Source of the DNA: a virus | Length of the DNA: 64,000 nt | IMG/VR virus record: IMGVR_UViG_3300045996_000592 | Location: 32,001-96,000 of that record | Direction: 5' to 3' (one strand) | Part shown: positions 55,784 through 64,000 of the stretch, piece after piece | Layout: each line of letters opens with the position of its first letter | Numbering within the stretch: the stretch's first letter is position 1 | Notes under the pieces: generated by a model | The model's input: only the letters and a program-made list of their open reading frames with translations | Told to the model about the DNA's origin: nothing | Databases searched by the model: none | Position numbers and translations under genes: made by a program

Positions 55784-56335
55784 TTATGAGTTGAAGGTCG
55801 CCGTTACTTCTATCGGGTCAGGGCAGGTAGCCACAGCCTCGGTAGCAAAGGCGTAAGAATATGGTTTTATGATCTCTGAGGCTATGACGTTCACCACCAG
55901 CGTATAGTTAGTAGACGCATCCAGTCCGGTAAATACGTGTTCGATCTCATCCCCGGGCGAACTCACCGTATAGGTGTCCACGACAGTCTGCGGTGAAGCA
56001 GCTTCGTAGATGTCCAGCCTGTAAGAGGTGATACTGCCTTCCGGTTTTTCGAACTGTATCCCGACCGCCTCGTTGGTAGGGGTCAGGTGTACGGTGGGTT
56101 CTGCAAGATAGGCGCTCCTGAGTGTCAGGGAGTAGGGGTTATTACCGTCTATGTTCTGCAGGCGGAACTCGTAAATGTAATTATCTTCCAGGTCTTCTAC
56201 CGTTACCTCTTCTGAGTCAGCGGCTGCCAGCCCGTGGTTGGTCCACGCGGTATCACCCGCCTGGCGGTAGTAAACATTTATCCCGGATGAGCCGAGTTGG
56301 TTTTCAAGTTGTATTCCTATATCAAAAGAGGCCAT
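55784..56335 (-). CDS. tandem fibronectin type III protein
   Basis: YYRQAGD.AW, VEDLEDNYIYEF, FTGLDASTNYTL. Confidence 0.75.
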   Translation of the reverse strand: MASFDIGIQLENQLGSSGINVYYRQAGDTAWTNHGLAAADSEEVTVEDLEDNYIYEFRLQNIDGNNPYSLTLRSAYLAEPTVHLTPTNEAVGIQFEKPEGSITSYRLDIYEAASPQTVVDTYTVSSPGDEIEHVFTGLDASTNYTLVVNVIASEIIKPYSYAFATEAVATCPDPIEVTATFNS

Positions 56336-56337
56336 CG

Positions 56338-56736
56338 TTACGGATTAGGGGTTATATAGAGTATGACAGGAACGGTACCTGTAAGCACACCGCCGGAACA
56401 AGCCGATACCAGCTGACAGAAGAGGGTAGAGAGAGCCGGCGTATTGGCTACCGTATAGAACCAGTTGTTGATGGCGTTAAACGAGGTAGGACAGTAGTTG
56501 TTCAGCTTCTTCATGATCTCTGTCAGGCTGTCCCCGGACTCAAAACCGTAACACCCGCCGTCTGTCGTGATCGTGTTGACGTTGGTCTCGCAGTACTTGA
56601 TACAGTCCGTACACATGGCATCCTCACACTCCTTGGTGGAGCAGTTGATGTCTGTTGGGGTTATGTCAAAACCATCGGGGCAGTTACAGTCAGGACAGCC
56701 GCAGTTGGGTGGTATAAAGGAACAATTACAGCTCAT
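56338..56736 (-). CDS. Cys-rich structural protein
   Basis: Many CxC/CxxC; TDCIKY motif shared with 57883-58485. Confidence 0.65.
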   Translation of the reverse strand: MSCNCSFIPPNCGCPDCNCPDGFDITPTDINCSTKECEDAMCTDCIKYCETNVNTITTDGGCYGFESGDSLTEIMKKLNNYCPTSFNAINNWFYTVANTPALSTLFCQLVSACSGGVLTGTVPVILYITPNP

Positions 56737-56737
56737 C

Positions 56738-57883
56738 TTAATCAGTTATTACGGTTGTCTTCGTACAGTCTACCGGATCTGCTCCCGTATACTGGACCTG
56801 AACGCCTATCTTGTAGGTGGTGGCCGTCGTGAGGTTATTGAAAGTCTTGGTGAACGCAGATGACGGGTTGGCCTCTTCCTGGGTCTCTATAACGGTAGTT
56901 CCGTTAGATTCGTAGATTGTCACCGAGTAAACCACGTTATCCGTTAAGTAAGGGGTGTAGGTAATCGCTACCGAGGTGGTCGATGGGTTAACCAGCGCTA
57001 TCCCCGGGCAGACCGGCGTGTTGTTGGTGATCGTCTTTATGACCACCTTACTGCAGGTTATCGTACCGTTGGTAAGGTTAGTGGTCAGTGTTACCGTATA
57101 GTCATCCGCGAAGTAAAGGTTGGAAGCGCTGAGGTCGAATACTACAGGATCGCTGCCTGACGCACCATCTACTACGTCTATAGAATTAGTGTAAATATTA
57201 CCCAGTGAGTCCATGACGCTGACGGTAGATCCCGAGTTAACATCGGTAAATCCTGCAGGTATGGAACACCAGCCGGCCAGGTAGATGTTAAGTGTCTGAC
57301 CGTTATCCACGATACTGCCGGCGAAGTTGATACCTACGTTAGCGCAGGTAACAGCAGACTGGGCCAGCGCCTGGTCGAGGCCGGTCCTGATGTCTCCTAT
57401 GGTCAGCCAGATGTTCTTTAGCGTATCCGCCACATACTGGGGGCTGGTCACCCACCCGGTTATACCGCCGAGCGTACCGCCAGCATACGCAGCGTCATTA
57501 TTCTGTACAGGCTGAATAGATACCGCGCCGTTCAGGTTGTTATCCGTCCCGGTAACGTCACGGAAGCTACAATACTGTTCGATAAACGAGGTCAGCAGGG
57601 TGTCGATCGCCTCTACCTGGTCCCCGTTGATACATCCGCCGTTTATGGTCGGGGTGGTATATTCATCCGGGATATCCTGGTCTTCGAGTTCCGTTATCCT
57701 GTTCTCGTGGTCTGTTATAGTGGCAGATGAGGTGTCAGTAGTCTTTTTGAGAGCGGCCGCTACCTTACCGAGCAGTATGATATAGTCCAGCGGGAGTAAC
57801 CGTTGAACCAGGTCGCCGTTATCATCCGTATACCGGAGATCCTTGGCTACTACGAGGTCTTTGTTTTCTATGAATCCTGCCAT
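56738..57883 (-). CDS. fibre-like protein with a C-terminal FN3 domain
   Basis: Short coiled coil DHENRITELE; FNNLTTATTY. Confidence 0.7.
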   Translation of the reverse strand: MAGFIENKDLVVAKDLRYTDDNGDLVQRLLPLDYIILLGKVAAALKKTTDTSSATITDHENRITELEDQDIPDEYTTPTINGGCINGDQVEAIDTLLTSFIEQYCSFRDVTGTDNNLNGAVSIQPVQNNDAAYAGGTLGGITGWVTSPQYVADTLKNIWLTIGDIRTGLDQALAQSAVTCANVGINFAGSIVDNGQTLNIYLAGWCSIPAGFTDVNSGSTVSVMDSLGNIYTNSIDVVDGASGSDPVVFDLSASNLYFADDYTVTLTTNLTNGTITCSKVVIKTITNNTPVCPGIALVNPSTTSVAITYTPYLTDNVVYSVTIYESNGTTVIETQEEANPSSAFTKTFNNLTTATTYKIGVQVQYTGADPVDCTKTTVITD

Positions 57884-58485
57884 TATGCTAAGTTGAATCT
57901 GACACCACCGAGGTCTATCTCCAGCCTCATCGGGTTGTACCCGGACTGGTTAACGAAGGTGTAGTTTAAGTATAAAGTACCTGACGGGTGATCTATGTAG
58001 ACCTGGGCCCTCATCGGGATAACATCCCTGTTGTTGGGGAACATATCCACGGTGGTTAGTACCGCCTGGTTGTGCTTCCAGTTAGCAGGAAAGCAGCTCA
58101 CCGGCAGGTTGACCAGCGGGATGTCAACATACAGCTTATCTGCCGAGGTCACGAAGTTCAGTACCAACCCACCCCTGAGCAGGAGGTCTCCCTCCTTGGT
58201 CCATTTATAGGATGGGTTACCGGTATTACCGACCCCGAACGTACCTATGGTCCAGCTGTAACCAGCCCCGCTGCCACTGGTAGAAATACTCGTATGGAAC
58301 GGAACCCAAGTACCTGTATAGCACTCCGCGTTATCCGGGCACTTGAAGGCAGCCTGGAGTATTTCTGTCAGGGAAGCGTCGTCACATACATTAAAACACA
58401 GATCAGCGCCAGACCACTTAATGCAGTCGGTACTGATGGGGGCATCACATCTTTGGGACTTACTCCCGGTTCTAACAGGTTTCAC
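57883..58485 (-). CDS. putative structural/fibre protein
   Basis: C.APISTDCIKWSG.DL N-terminus; LLRGG...LP beta domain. Confidence 0.65.
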   Translation of the reverse strand: MKPVRTGSKSQRCDAPISTDCIKWSGADLCFNVCDDASLTEILQAAFKCPDNAECYTGTWVPFHTSISTSGSGAGYSWTIGTFGVGNTGNPSYKWTKEGDLLLRGGLVLNFVTSADKLYVDIPLVNLPVSCFPANWKHNQAVLTTVDMFPNNRDVIPMRAQVYIDHPSGTLYLNYTFVNQSGYNPMRLEIDLGGVRFNLA

Positions 58486-58774
58486 AGCAGGGGTTTATTT
58501 CGGGGTAAATAGGACAGGTAGCAGCAGTAGCTATGCGGGTTACCCGGTGCAGGAGGTCATTTTTTAACTGGGGCCCGTGACTGAGTTCACAAAGGTTGTC
58601 CCCGCAGTCCTGTAATGCCTGCCAGTCGTGTATCCAGAGGTTATACCAGACCATCTCTTTACTGAGATCGGGACAGGAGTTATCTATTCCCCAGCCCTCC
58701 TTCATATATATTTTATAGAAGCAGGTACTGAAGTCTTTGATAATACTGTCCTTATGGTCGGTGTATCTGGTCAA
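58472..58774 (-). CDS. putative structural protein
   Basis: 100 aa in the structural run; Cys-rich. Confidence 0.55.
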   Translation of the reverse strand: MTRYTDHKDSIIKDFSTCFYKIYMKEGWGIDNSCPDLSKEMVWYNLWIHDWQALQDCGDNLCELSHGPQLKNDLLHRVTRIATAATCPIYPEINPCCETC

Positions 58775-58914
58775 GGTTGCTTAGGGGGAGGGGTCTGGAT
58801 CTTCTTTTTGTCTATGTCTACACAGGACGGGCAGCACTTTTTACTGTCAGACGGCCTGGGTTTGAACACACAACTACATCCGGCCGGTCGAAGGCAACAG
58901 GGGCATACAGCCAT
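58771..58914 (-). CDS. small Cys-rich protein (47 aa; start revised)
   Basis: MAVCPCC...GCSC...SD.KKCCPSC. Confidence 0.55.
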   Translation of the reverse strand: MAVCPCCLRPAGCSCVFKPRPSDSKKCCPSCVDIDKKKIQTPPPKQP

Positions 58915-58930
58915 ATGATAGGTTTTGGTT

Positions 58931-59506
58931 TTAACAGGTAGCGCAGCTGAACTTCGATAGCCTTTTGATAGCATACCTCAAAAGGTCCATTCCCTCGTCG
59001 GGTACATTTTCCTCTTCCACCTTAAAGTGTGCAGCCTGCACAAAAGAATCTATCAGCTGCATCTCGCGGATCTTAGCCTCTGTCTCGGCGTCCGGAGCAC
59101 ATCCTTTAGGTATGCCGCACATAACCTTGGCGTAACGGTGGTAGAACTTAACAGTACGCAGGACACGGTACTCCACATAGACCTTGTCGTTGGGGCTTAC
59201 GGAATACCTGATGTTGTAGATACCATCCGGAAGATCCGGACAACTGTCATCACAGGGAGTTGACGGAGGGGCCACGGTAGGATTATAAGGCGTACCTAGA
59301 ATACCCATACTGCAGGCGTTAAGTACCAGGTCGAAATCCCTGTCTACCGTAAGGACACCCGGGGAAGAATAACCCGGAGGGGTGATCTCCAGGGTAGCGC
59401 AGCTCACCCCTATAAGACTGCTGTAAACAGAAGAGTCCTTAATCCTGAATATACCTTTGTTGGCTGTTTCCGGAAAATCGAGGGAGAGTATGTGACGAGC
59501 TGCCAT
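58931..59506 (-). CDS. crAss-like conserved structural protein (start revised from 59587)
   Basis: MAARHILSLD...LEITPPG...LPDGIYNIRYSVSPND; the upstream part of the track ORF is promoter/terminator. Confidence 0.7.
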   Translation of the reverse strand: MAARHILSLDFPETANKGIFRIKDSSVYSSLIGVSCATLEITPPGYSSPGVLTVDRDFDLVLNACSMGILGTPYNPTVAPPSTPCDDSCPDLPDGIYNIRYSVSPNDKVYVEYRVLRTVKFYHRYAKVMCGIPKGCAPDAETEAKIREMQLIDSFVQAAHFKVEEENVPDEGMDLLRYAIKRLSKFSCATC

Positions 59507-59514
59507 TCCTAATA

Positions 59515-59546
59515 AAAATATACGCAAAAAAGAAGACTCTTCCAAA
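59515..59546 (-). promoter_or_regulatory. putative promoter
   Basis: TTTG-N20-TATATTTT just upstream of ATG 59506. Confidence 0.55.
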
Positions 59547-59548
59547 AT

Positions 59549-59575
59549 AAAAACTCCCAGGACGAACCCGGGAGT
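59549..59575 (-). terminator. terminator-like hairpin
   Basis: ACTCCC...GGGAGT stem with an adjacent A-tract, downstream of 59604. Confidence 0.5.
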
Positions 59576-59603
59576 AGTTTGGAACAAGAGTAGAGAGGAA
59601 AAA

Positions 59604-60866
59604 TTATGTGTAGGACTCGAGTGTCACATTTGAACCGGCCGCTGTCAAACAAGCTGCGAACAGGTTAGTGAACGTCGAGGTATTCGTACCGGTCGGTACA
59701 TAGATAACCAGTTCGTACTGGTCGCGATCCTGTACGGAGGTAGGATTTGCGTTCCTGTGGTCTGTATTATACAGGATGTGGATCTCGTCATAGTAAGAAG
59801 TACGGCTCACATTTGGAAGTGTGACGTCATCCTCGGTTTCCCTCATACGGAACAGGTCGATGTCCTGGCCGTCAGGAAAGTTCTCATTCTGGTAACGCTG
59901 GCTGAGTATCCAGTCGCGCAGAACGGTCTCACCGATACCTGAACCCTGGCGGGCAGCTGTCTTTACTGTGAACAGGTTACCTGTAGAGGTGTTGATCGTA
60001 GTAGTAACCTGGCACGGGTTAGAGTCTTCACCGTCATCCATACGCAGGGAAGCGAGGATAGACAGCGGCTCCAGTTCGTAGTGATCGGTAGTCGTGAACG
60101 TATTGTTCGAGAATGATGTGTTACTGTCAGCAGCAGTGATCTCAAGACCCGCCACTACAGTACCGTCACCGGTATCTACGTAGGCCGTATCAGACGAATC
60201 CAGGGACTCATCATAAGCCGAGAACACTTCTGTAGCGGTACCTGAGTCATTCCAGTATACCTTCGCGGTAACCAGTTTGCTCAACCACGGATGTTTAGTA
60301 ATCTCATCTTTGAACTGCAAGAGTACGGTTACCGGGTCAACCAATGGAGACGTACAGCCTGAGTTACAGTCTGTAGGGCAGCAGCCGGTATAGGCATCCA
60401 GGTCGTAGTATGCGTTGCGGCCGAGGAACCTCATAACAGGAGAACCCTTCAGGTCCAGGCGTAGACGGTAAGTTTTACCGCATTCGAACGTAGGGCCTAC
60501 TTCAGAACCACCCACCAGGTTCCAGCCAACCGCCACCACCTGCTTAACAGGAGTTACAGCAGCCTTCTTCCAGAAGCGCGTAACGCTCTTCAGGGGAATA
60601 GGTTGAGATTTAGTTGTCATCTTCAAACCCCCGATAAATTCGGTGATCTGGTCGATGGTGTGCCAGCTACCACCTACTACGCTTACGTCGGAAGTAGTAG
60701 ACGCACTGGTAGAAGTTCCGTAGATACCTGTGTTAGCTACAGGGAAGATACCGATCTGGCCGGCTGTCATAGAGCTGGTCGTTACGCCTGAGTTAACCAG
60801 GGCGATATTACCGCCTGAAGCAGCGGCCATGTAGACCTTACGAAATGCGTAAGTAGGGTAAGACAT
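59604..60866 (-). CDS. major structural protein, probably an auxiliary capsid protein
   Basis: 420 aa; CGKTYRLRLDLKGSP..RFL, G.GETVLRD.ILS..Y; has its own promoter and terminator. Confidence 0.6.
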   Translation of the reverse strand: MSYPTYAFRKVYMAAASGGNIALVNSGVTTSSMTAGQIGIFPVANTGIYGTSTSASTTSDVSVVGGSWHTIDQITEFIGGLKMTTKSQPIPLKSVTRFWKKAAVTPVKQVVAVGWNLVGGSEVGPTFECGKTYRLRLDLKGSPVMRFLGRNAYYDLDAYTGCCPTDCNSGCTSPLVDPVTVLLQFKDEITKHPWLSKLVTAKVYWNDSGTATEVFSAYDESLDSSDTAYVDTGDGTVVAGLEITAADSNTSFSNNTFTTTDHYELEPLSILASLRMDDGEDSNPCQVTTTINTSTGNLFTVKTAARQGSGIGETVLRDWILSQRYQNENFPDGQDIDLFRMRETEDDVTLPNVSRTSYYDEIHILYNTDHRNANPTSVQDRDQYELVIYVPTGTNTSTFTNLFAACLTAAGSNVTLESYT

Positions 60867-60900
60867 ATTAAGGGTTTAGGGTGTTTAAGGGTTACTAATA

Positions 60901-60932
60901 ATAAACTAAGTAAAAAACTCTGGTTATCCAAA
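60901..60932 (-). promoter_or_regulatory. putative promoter
   Basis: TTTG-N20-TAGTTTAT upstream of 60866. Confidence 0.5.
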
Positions 60933-61211
60933 TTATTTTTCCTGAGTACCTAATTTTTTTACATCATCCGGTAACTCCTTCTTGAAGAAGAGCTGCAGCA
61001 GGAACCCTATTACAGGAACACCTATACCGGTGGCCGTATTGATGATGGTCTGCACCTTTGCGGGGAGCAGCAGGAGAAAACCCGGGAAGGTGGTTACCGT
61101 GTAGAGATAGGCTCCGGCGACGGAGATCAGGAACCCGGTAAGAATCTGGGCCCATTTAGGGGTTTGCGCGAACAGTTTACCGAATCCGTTCTTTTTGTTG
61201 AAGTTCTTCAT
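60933..61211 (-). CDS. holin-like membrane protein
   Basis: Two hydrophobic helices, TPKW motif, charged termini. Confidence 0.6.
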   Translation of the reverse strand: MKNFNKKNGFGKLFAQTPKWAQILTGFLISVAGAYLYTVTTFPGFLLLLPAKVQTIINTATGIGVPVIGFLLQLFFKKELPDDVKKLGTQEK

Positions 61212-61222
61212 AGTGGTGGTGT

Positions 61223-62110
61223 TTAGACCGCTGACCCTATTGCCAGCAGGTATTCCTGTATTCTTCTGTAAATAATATCGTGGTTAAAAGTACCGTTACC
61301 CGCCCAGGCAGCCGCCATCTGCTTAGTAGTCCCGATACCGGATACCGGAGCGAAACCAATAATGATGTTACCCCGGCTGGTACCTGTAAAACCGGTGGGC
61401 ACCTTTCTGTCTGTATAAAGCAGGGAGCCGTTCCAGTAACATTCCTGTACTACGTTGTTCTGCCGGCGGACGCTGTACATACCCAGGGAGGAGGTTATCC
61501 CGTTCGTAGGGCCGGTAGTCGGGAACTGGTTAGCGCCGAATGCGCTGTAATCAAACCCGTTCGTAGATGACCGCACCCGAATAAACAGCGGGCCCAGATG
61601 ACTGGCGTCACAGCAGCTCATCTCGCAGGTATTACCCCCCGCCTGGTCAGTTCTGAGATAAATCCCCGCTGAATTACTGTTAGGTTGGTAATTACCCGAC
61701 TGCAGGACCGGGTTAAAGTTGGAATCAATATAATTAGTACCGGATACCCTGGCAAACCCCTGGTCTACGGTGAACGGCATAGTACCGGAAGTAATGGTTT
61801 GTACCGGGTTATACAGATCCTGCGCCCAGTTCAACAGCGCATTGGCCTGAGAACTCTGTGCGAAGATGTACAGGAAGTCCAGCACCTCGTTCAGGCGGCG
61901 TACCCCAAGGTCCGCCCGGAGCCCTGTAATCAGGTTACTTATCAACAGCTCTCTTCCCGGGGGCAGGTTGGACATCCTGTTCAGCAGCACATCTACGTCT
62001 TGATCCCCCGGGGGCAGCCCTTTTATACAGGGGTTATTCCCCCTGGGTGGTTTACCCTGAGGTACGCCCCGGATACTGCGCGGGGCGATACCGTTGATAG
62101 ATTTATTCAT
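61223..62110 (-). CDS. putative receptor-binding/fibre protein (concanavalin-like)
   Basis: LDFLYIFA...ALLNW...FTVDQGF...YIDSNFNP; beta-rich C-terminus. Confidence 0.6.
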   Translation of the reverse strand: MNKSINGIAPRSIRGVPQGKPPRGNNPCIKGLPPGDQDVDVLLNRMSNLPPGRELLISNLITGLRADLGVRRLNEVLDFLYIFAQSSQANALLNWAQDLYNPVQTITSGTMPFTVDQGFARVSGTNYIDSNFNPVLQSGNYQPNSNSAGIYLRTDQAGGNTCEMSCCDASHLGPLFIRVRSSTNGFDYSAFGANQFPTTGPTNGITSSLGMYSVRRQNNVVQECYWNGSLLYTDRKVPTGFTGTSRGNIIIGFAPVSGIGTTKQMAAAWAGNGTFNHDIIYRRIQEYLLAIGSAV

Positions 62111-62318
62111 CTGCCAGCTCCGCCTCGTAGACTGCTTTCTCTTCTGTCAGCTTGTCGGTCAAGACCTCTATAACCTCATCATACAGGCCGCTCCCGGCAT
62201 TAACCGTTACCGTTTTATCTGCGTAAGACACGGATATGCGTAACCGCCCGTAAGGTGTAGAGAGCGCGTCAATAGACGCAGAGAGATTGGTTATCTTATC
62301 TTCTAATTCCTGACTCAT
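62103..62318 (-). CDS. hypothetical protein
   Basis: 71 aa overlapping the next gene. Confidence 0.55.
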   Translation of the reverse strand: MSQELEDKITNLSASIDALSTPYGRLRISVSYADKTVTVNAGSGLYDEVIEVLTDKLTEEKAVYEAELADE

Positions 62319-62331
62319 GGTTTATAATGTT

Positions 62332-62745
62332 TTATAGGTCACCTCCTGAGATAATAAAGTCCATCTGGTCCTGAACCCCCGCGTATATGGATATGGTACA
62401 TCCCACCAGCTGCCCGGAAGCCAGTACCTCGCCCCCGGCTATCGTGATGGTCGTCGTAGCGCCAATGGCTGTATTAGAAGCTGTAACCGTGGCCAGGGCC
62501 ACCTCTTTATAGAGCCGGTAGTTGGTACCGGAAGTATCGGAGATGAATATCCGCACCACCATACCGGATGAGGCTGCCGCAGTAGCCTGGGCAGATGTTA
62601 CTGTTATTTTATCTATCCTGGACCCGGAAGACCCCGCGGTAAAACCCGTGGCTACGACCCCACTGCCATCCCTGGCTGTGTTGGCTGCAGCGAGACGGGC
62701 GAACCCCATCTTGGGTGTACCTACGAAAGAAGGGTTACTTGCCAT
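62332..62745 (-). CDS. putative tail-fibre-associated protein
   Basis: A/T/G-rich; ANTARDG, GSRIDKI, C-terminal GGDL. Confidence 0.65.
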   Translation of the reverse strand: MASNPSFVGTPKMGFARLAAANTARDGSGVVATGFTAGSSGSRIDKITVTSAQATAAASSGMVVRIFISDTSGTNYRLYKEVALATVTASNTAIGATTTITIAGGEVLASGQLVGCTISIYAGVQDQMDFIISGGDL

Positions 62746-62754
62746 AAAAAATCT

Positions 62755-63429
62755 TTAGAATACCCCGGGGTTATAACCGGAGGCGAATAAGGTGTTTCTC
62801 GTACTTGTTACCGTGGCATTGGCGCTCCAGGCGTTCTGGCCAAAGTTAGCCGTACCTGCTCCCGAACCGCCGTCGCTACAGCAGGCGGGATACCAGGTAC
62901 CCGGGGCTATACCGGTGACCGTATATTTCAGCAGGCCATTGATGTAGAACGCCAGGGTGTGCGCGTCCGCGTCGAAAGCCAGACTGCATAACTGGCCCGT
63001 AGCTGGCGCGGTACATCCCGTACCAAGAACCGACCCCCCACTGGGGCCTACAAAACAGTTGGCAGGGTTACCCCTATAACCGTAAGCCAATCCTACCGAG
63101 GCGTCCTGGGCTCCTAGCTGGTCCAGATTAGCCGAAGACGGAAGGTAGTTGGCGATACCAATCTTGGTGATGTTGCTGCTCACAAAATCAAGGTATACCT
63201 CCCAGTACCACTTCCCCGTATTTTTACCCAGAGTGGCAATACCGGTACCTGTACGGGTATTTATCCCGGAACTCTCAAACTTGAGGTTACTGTTTTTTAG
63301 CGTGATCCAGCTTGATTTATAGACAGGACTCCAGGTAGCATAGGTAGTGCCTGCGGAGGGGAAAGAAGATAATATACCGGGGCTTATGTACATGATTACG
63401 CCGCTATAAGGTTCCCGAATAATATCCAC
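62755..63429 (-). CDS. SPRY/B30.2-like domain virion protein
   Basis: LKNSNL, GKWYWEV, LAFDAD...FYING, WYPA, ANFGQ. Confidence 0.8.
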   Translation of the reverse strand: MDIIREPYSGVIMYISPGILSSFPSAGTTYATWSPVYKSSWITLKNSNLKFESSGINTRTGTGIATLGKNTGKWYWEVYLDFVSSNITKIGIANYLPSSANLDQLGAQDASVGLAYGYRGNPANCFVGPSGGSVLGTGCTAPATGQLCSLAFDADAHTLAFYINGLLKYTVTGIAPGTWYPACCSDGGSGAGTANFGQNAWSANATVTSTRNTLFASGYNPGVF

Positions 63430-64000
63430 TCATCTGTACCAATCTTTTCCAGCGTAAGGCCGACGTACTTACCGGCAGCTTTCAGTTTATCACCGTAGGA
63501 GCGTATGGTCACACCCAAGCCAGGGGCTATAGTAAGAGCGCCTTCTCCCATCTGGATGGCGTTAATTTTAGAGCCGATCGGGAAGGCCACCGAGCTGTTC
63601 GGAGGAACCGTACCCACTATTGCCGTAGACTTGTTGAACTTAACGCTCCTGTTACGGTTCGTGAGGGCGAACGTGTGGTCAGACGTCACTTCAATTGAGG
63701 CGATGTCGTCTACGTCCGTGGCCGAGATAGTCGGTGATGATATAAGACCGAGGTTCGCCAGTGCCGTCTTTATGTTACCGGACGGGCGGGCTATCGGGGT
63801 AGCGTCCCAGAATCCGAGTTTATTCGAAGTGGCCCCGCCTATGGTGAACCCTTCCCCGTTCTCTGATTCGATGACATAACCGTCGGATATATAAAGTCCC
63901 CTCAGGACCGGTCCCAGATTGAATACAACCAAAGCTGTATTATCCGCGGCACCTGTGGCGTCCGATAGCAATACCCTGAGTTGGTTGGATGTACTCTGGT
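63396..64000 (-). CDS. tail fibre protein, C-terminal part (partial)
   Basis: Frame open to the window edge; VAFPIG..I...Q.G.G...I..G.GVTI...KIGTDEWILFGNL. Confidence 0.7.
   Translation of the reverse strand, partial: QSTSNQLRVLLSDATGAADNTALVVFNLGPVLRGLYISDGYVIESENGEGFTIGGATSNKLGFWDATPIARPSGNIKTALANLGLISSPTISATDVDDIASIEVTSDHTFALTNRNRSVKFNKSTAIVGTVPPNSSVAFPIGSKINAIQMGEGALTIAPGLGVTIRSYGDKLKAAGKYVGLTLEKIGTDEWILFGNLIAA

Noticed and set aside
59604-60866. Call as the major capsid protein
   Set aside because: No HK97-type MCP features were recognised; MCP, portal and terminase appear to lie outside the window
56122-62173. Long + strand ORFs 56122-56832, 58072-58512 and 61685-62173
   Set aside because: Antisense to well-supported structural genes in GC-richer sequence
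1-64000. Genome-wide stop-codon recoding (TGA=Trp or TAG=Gln)
   Set aside because: Long genes are intact under code 11, many ATGA overlaps use TGA as a stop, and polA ends on TAG

Overview
This is a 64-kb segment of a crAss-like (Crassvirales-type) podovirus genome. The host is most likely a Bacteroidota, judged from TTTG-N19/20-TAnnTTTG-like promoters and the lack of obvious Shine-Dalgarno sites. The + strand (1-15547) carries replication, metabolism and small accessory genes: a MazG-like NTP pyrophosphatase, a family A DNA polymerase followed by a free-standing GIY-YIG endonuclease, DUF932, a dNMP kinase, and a PRS-like plus NAMPT-like pair resembling the NARP1 anti-defence NAD+ reconstitution pathway, with DUF4406 and a HAD gene. 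The - strand (15544-64000) is mostly the virion module: giant ejected proteins including a 4300-aa virion RNA polymerase (DFDID motif), a CHAP hydrolase, tail muzzle and ring proteins, an IHF-like gene, decoration/fibre proteins and a holin-like gene, interrupted by small accessory genes and two + strand islands. The main findings are: (1) the last three cargo proteins are almost Cys-free, with Cys at their adjoining termini, suggesting head-to-tail disulfide linkage; (2) two promoter-proximal structured RNA elements share one architecture, a 5' segment complementary to a downstream hairpin loop; (3) an orphan QLDLF-ending peptide after polA/GIY-YIG may be the remnant of a displaced PolB; (4) two ORFs are interrupted by an in-frame TGA; (5) single genes are flanked by direct repeats spanning stop codons. 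No tRNA, rRNA or CRISPR array was recognised. All family calls come from motif recognition by eye, not from database searches.
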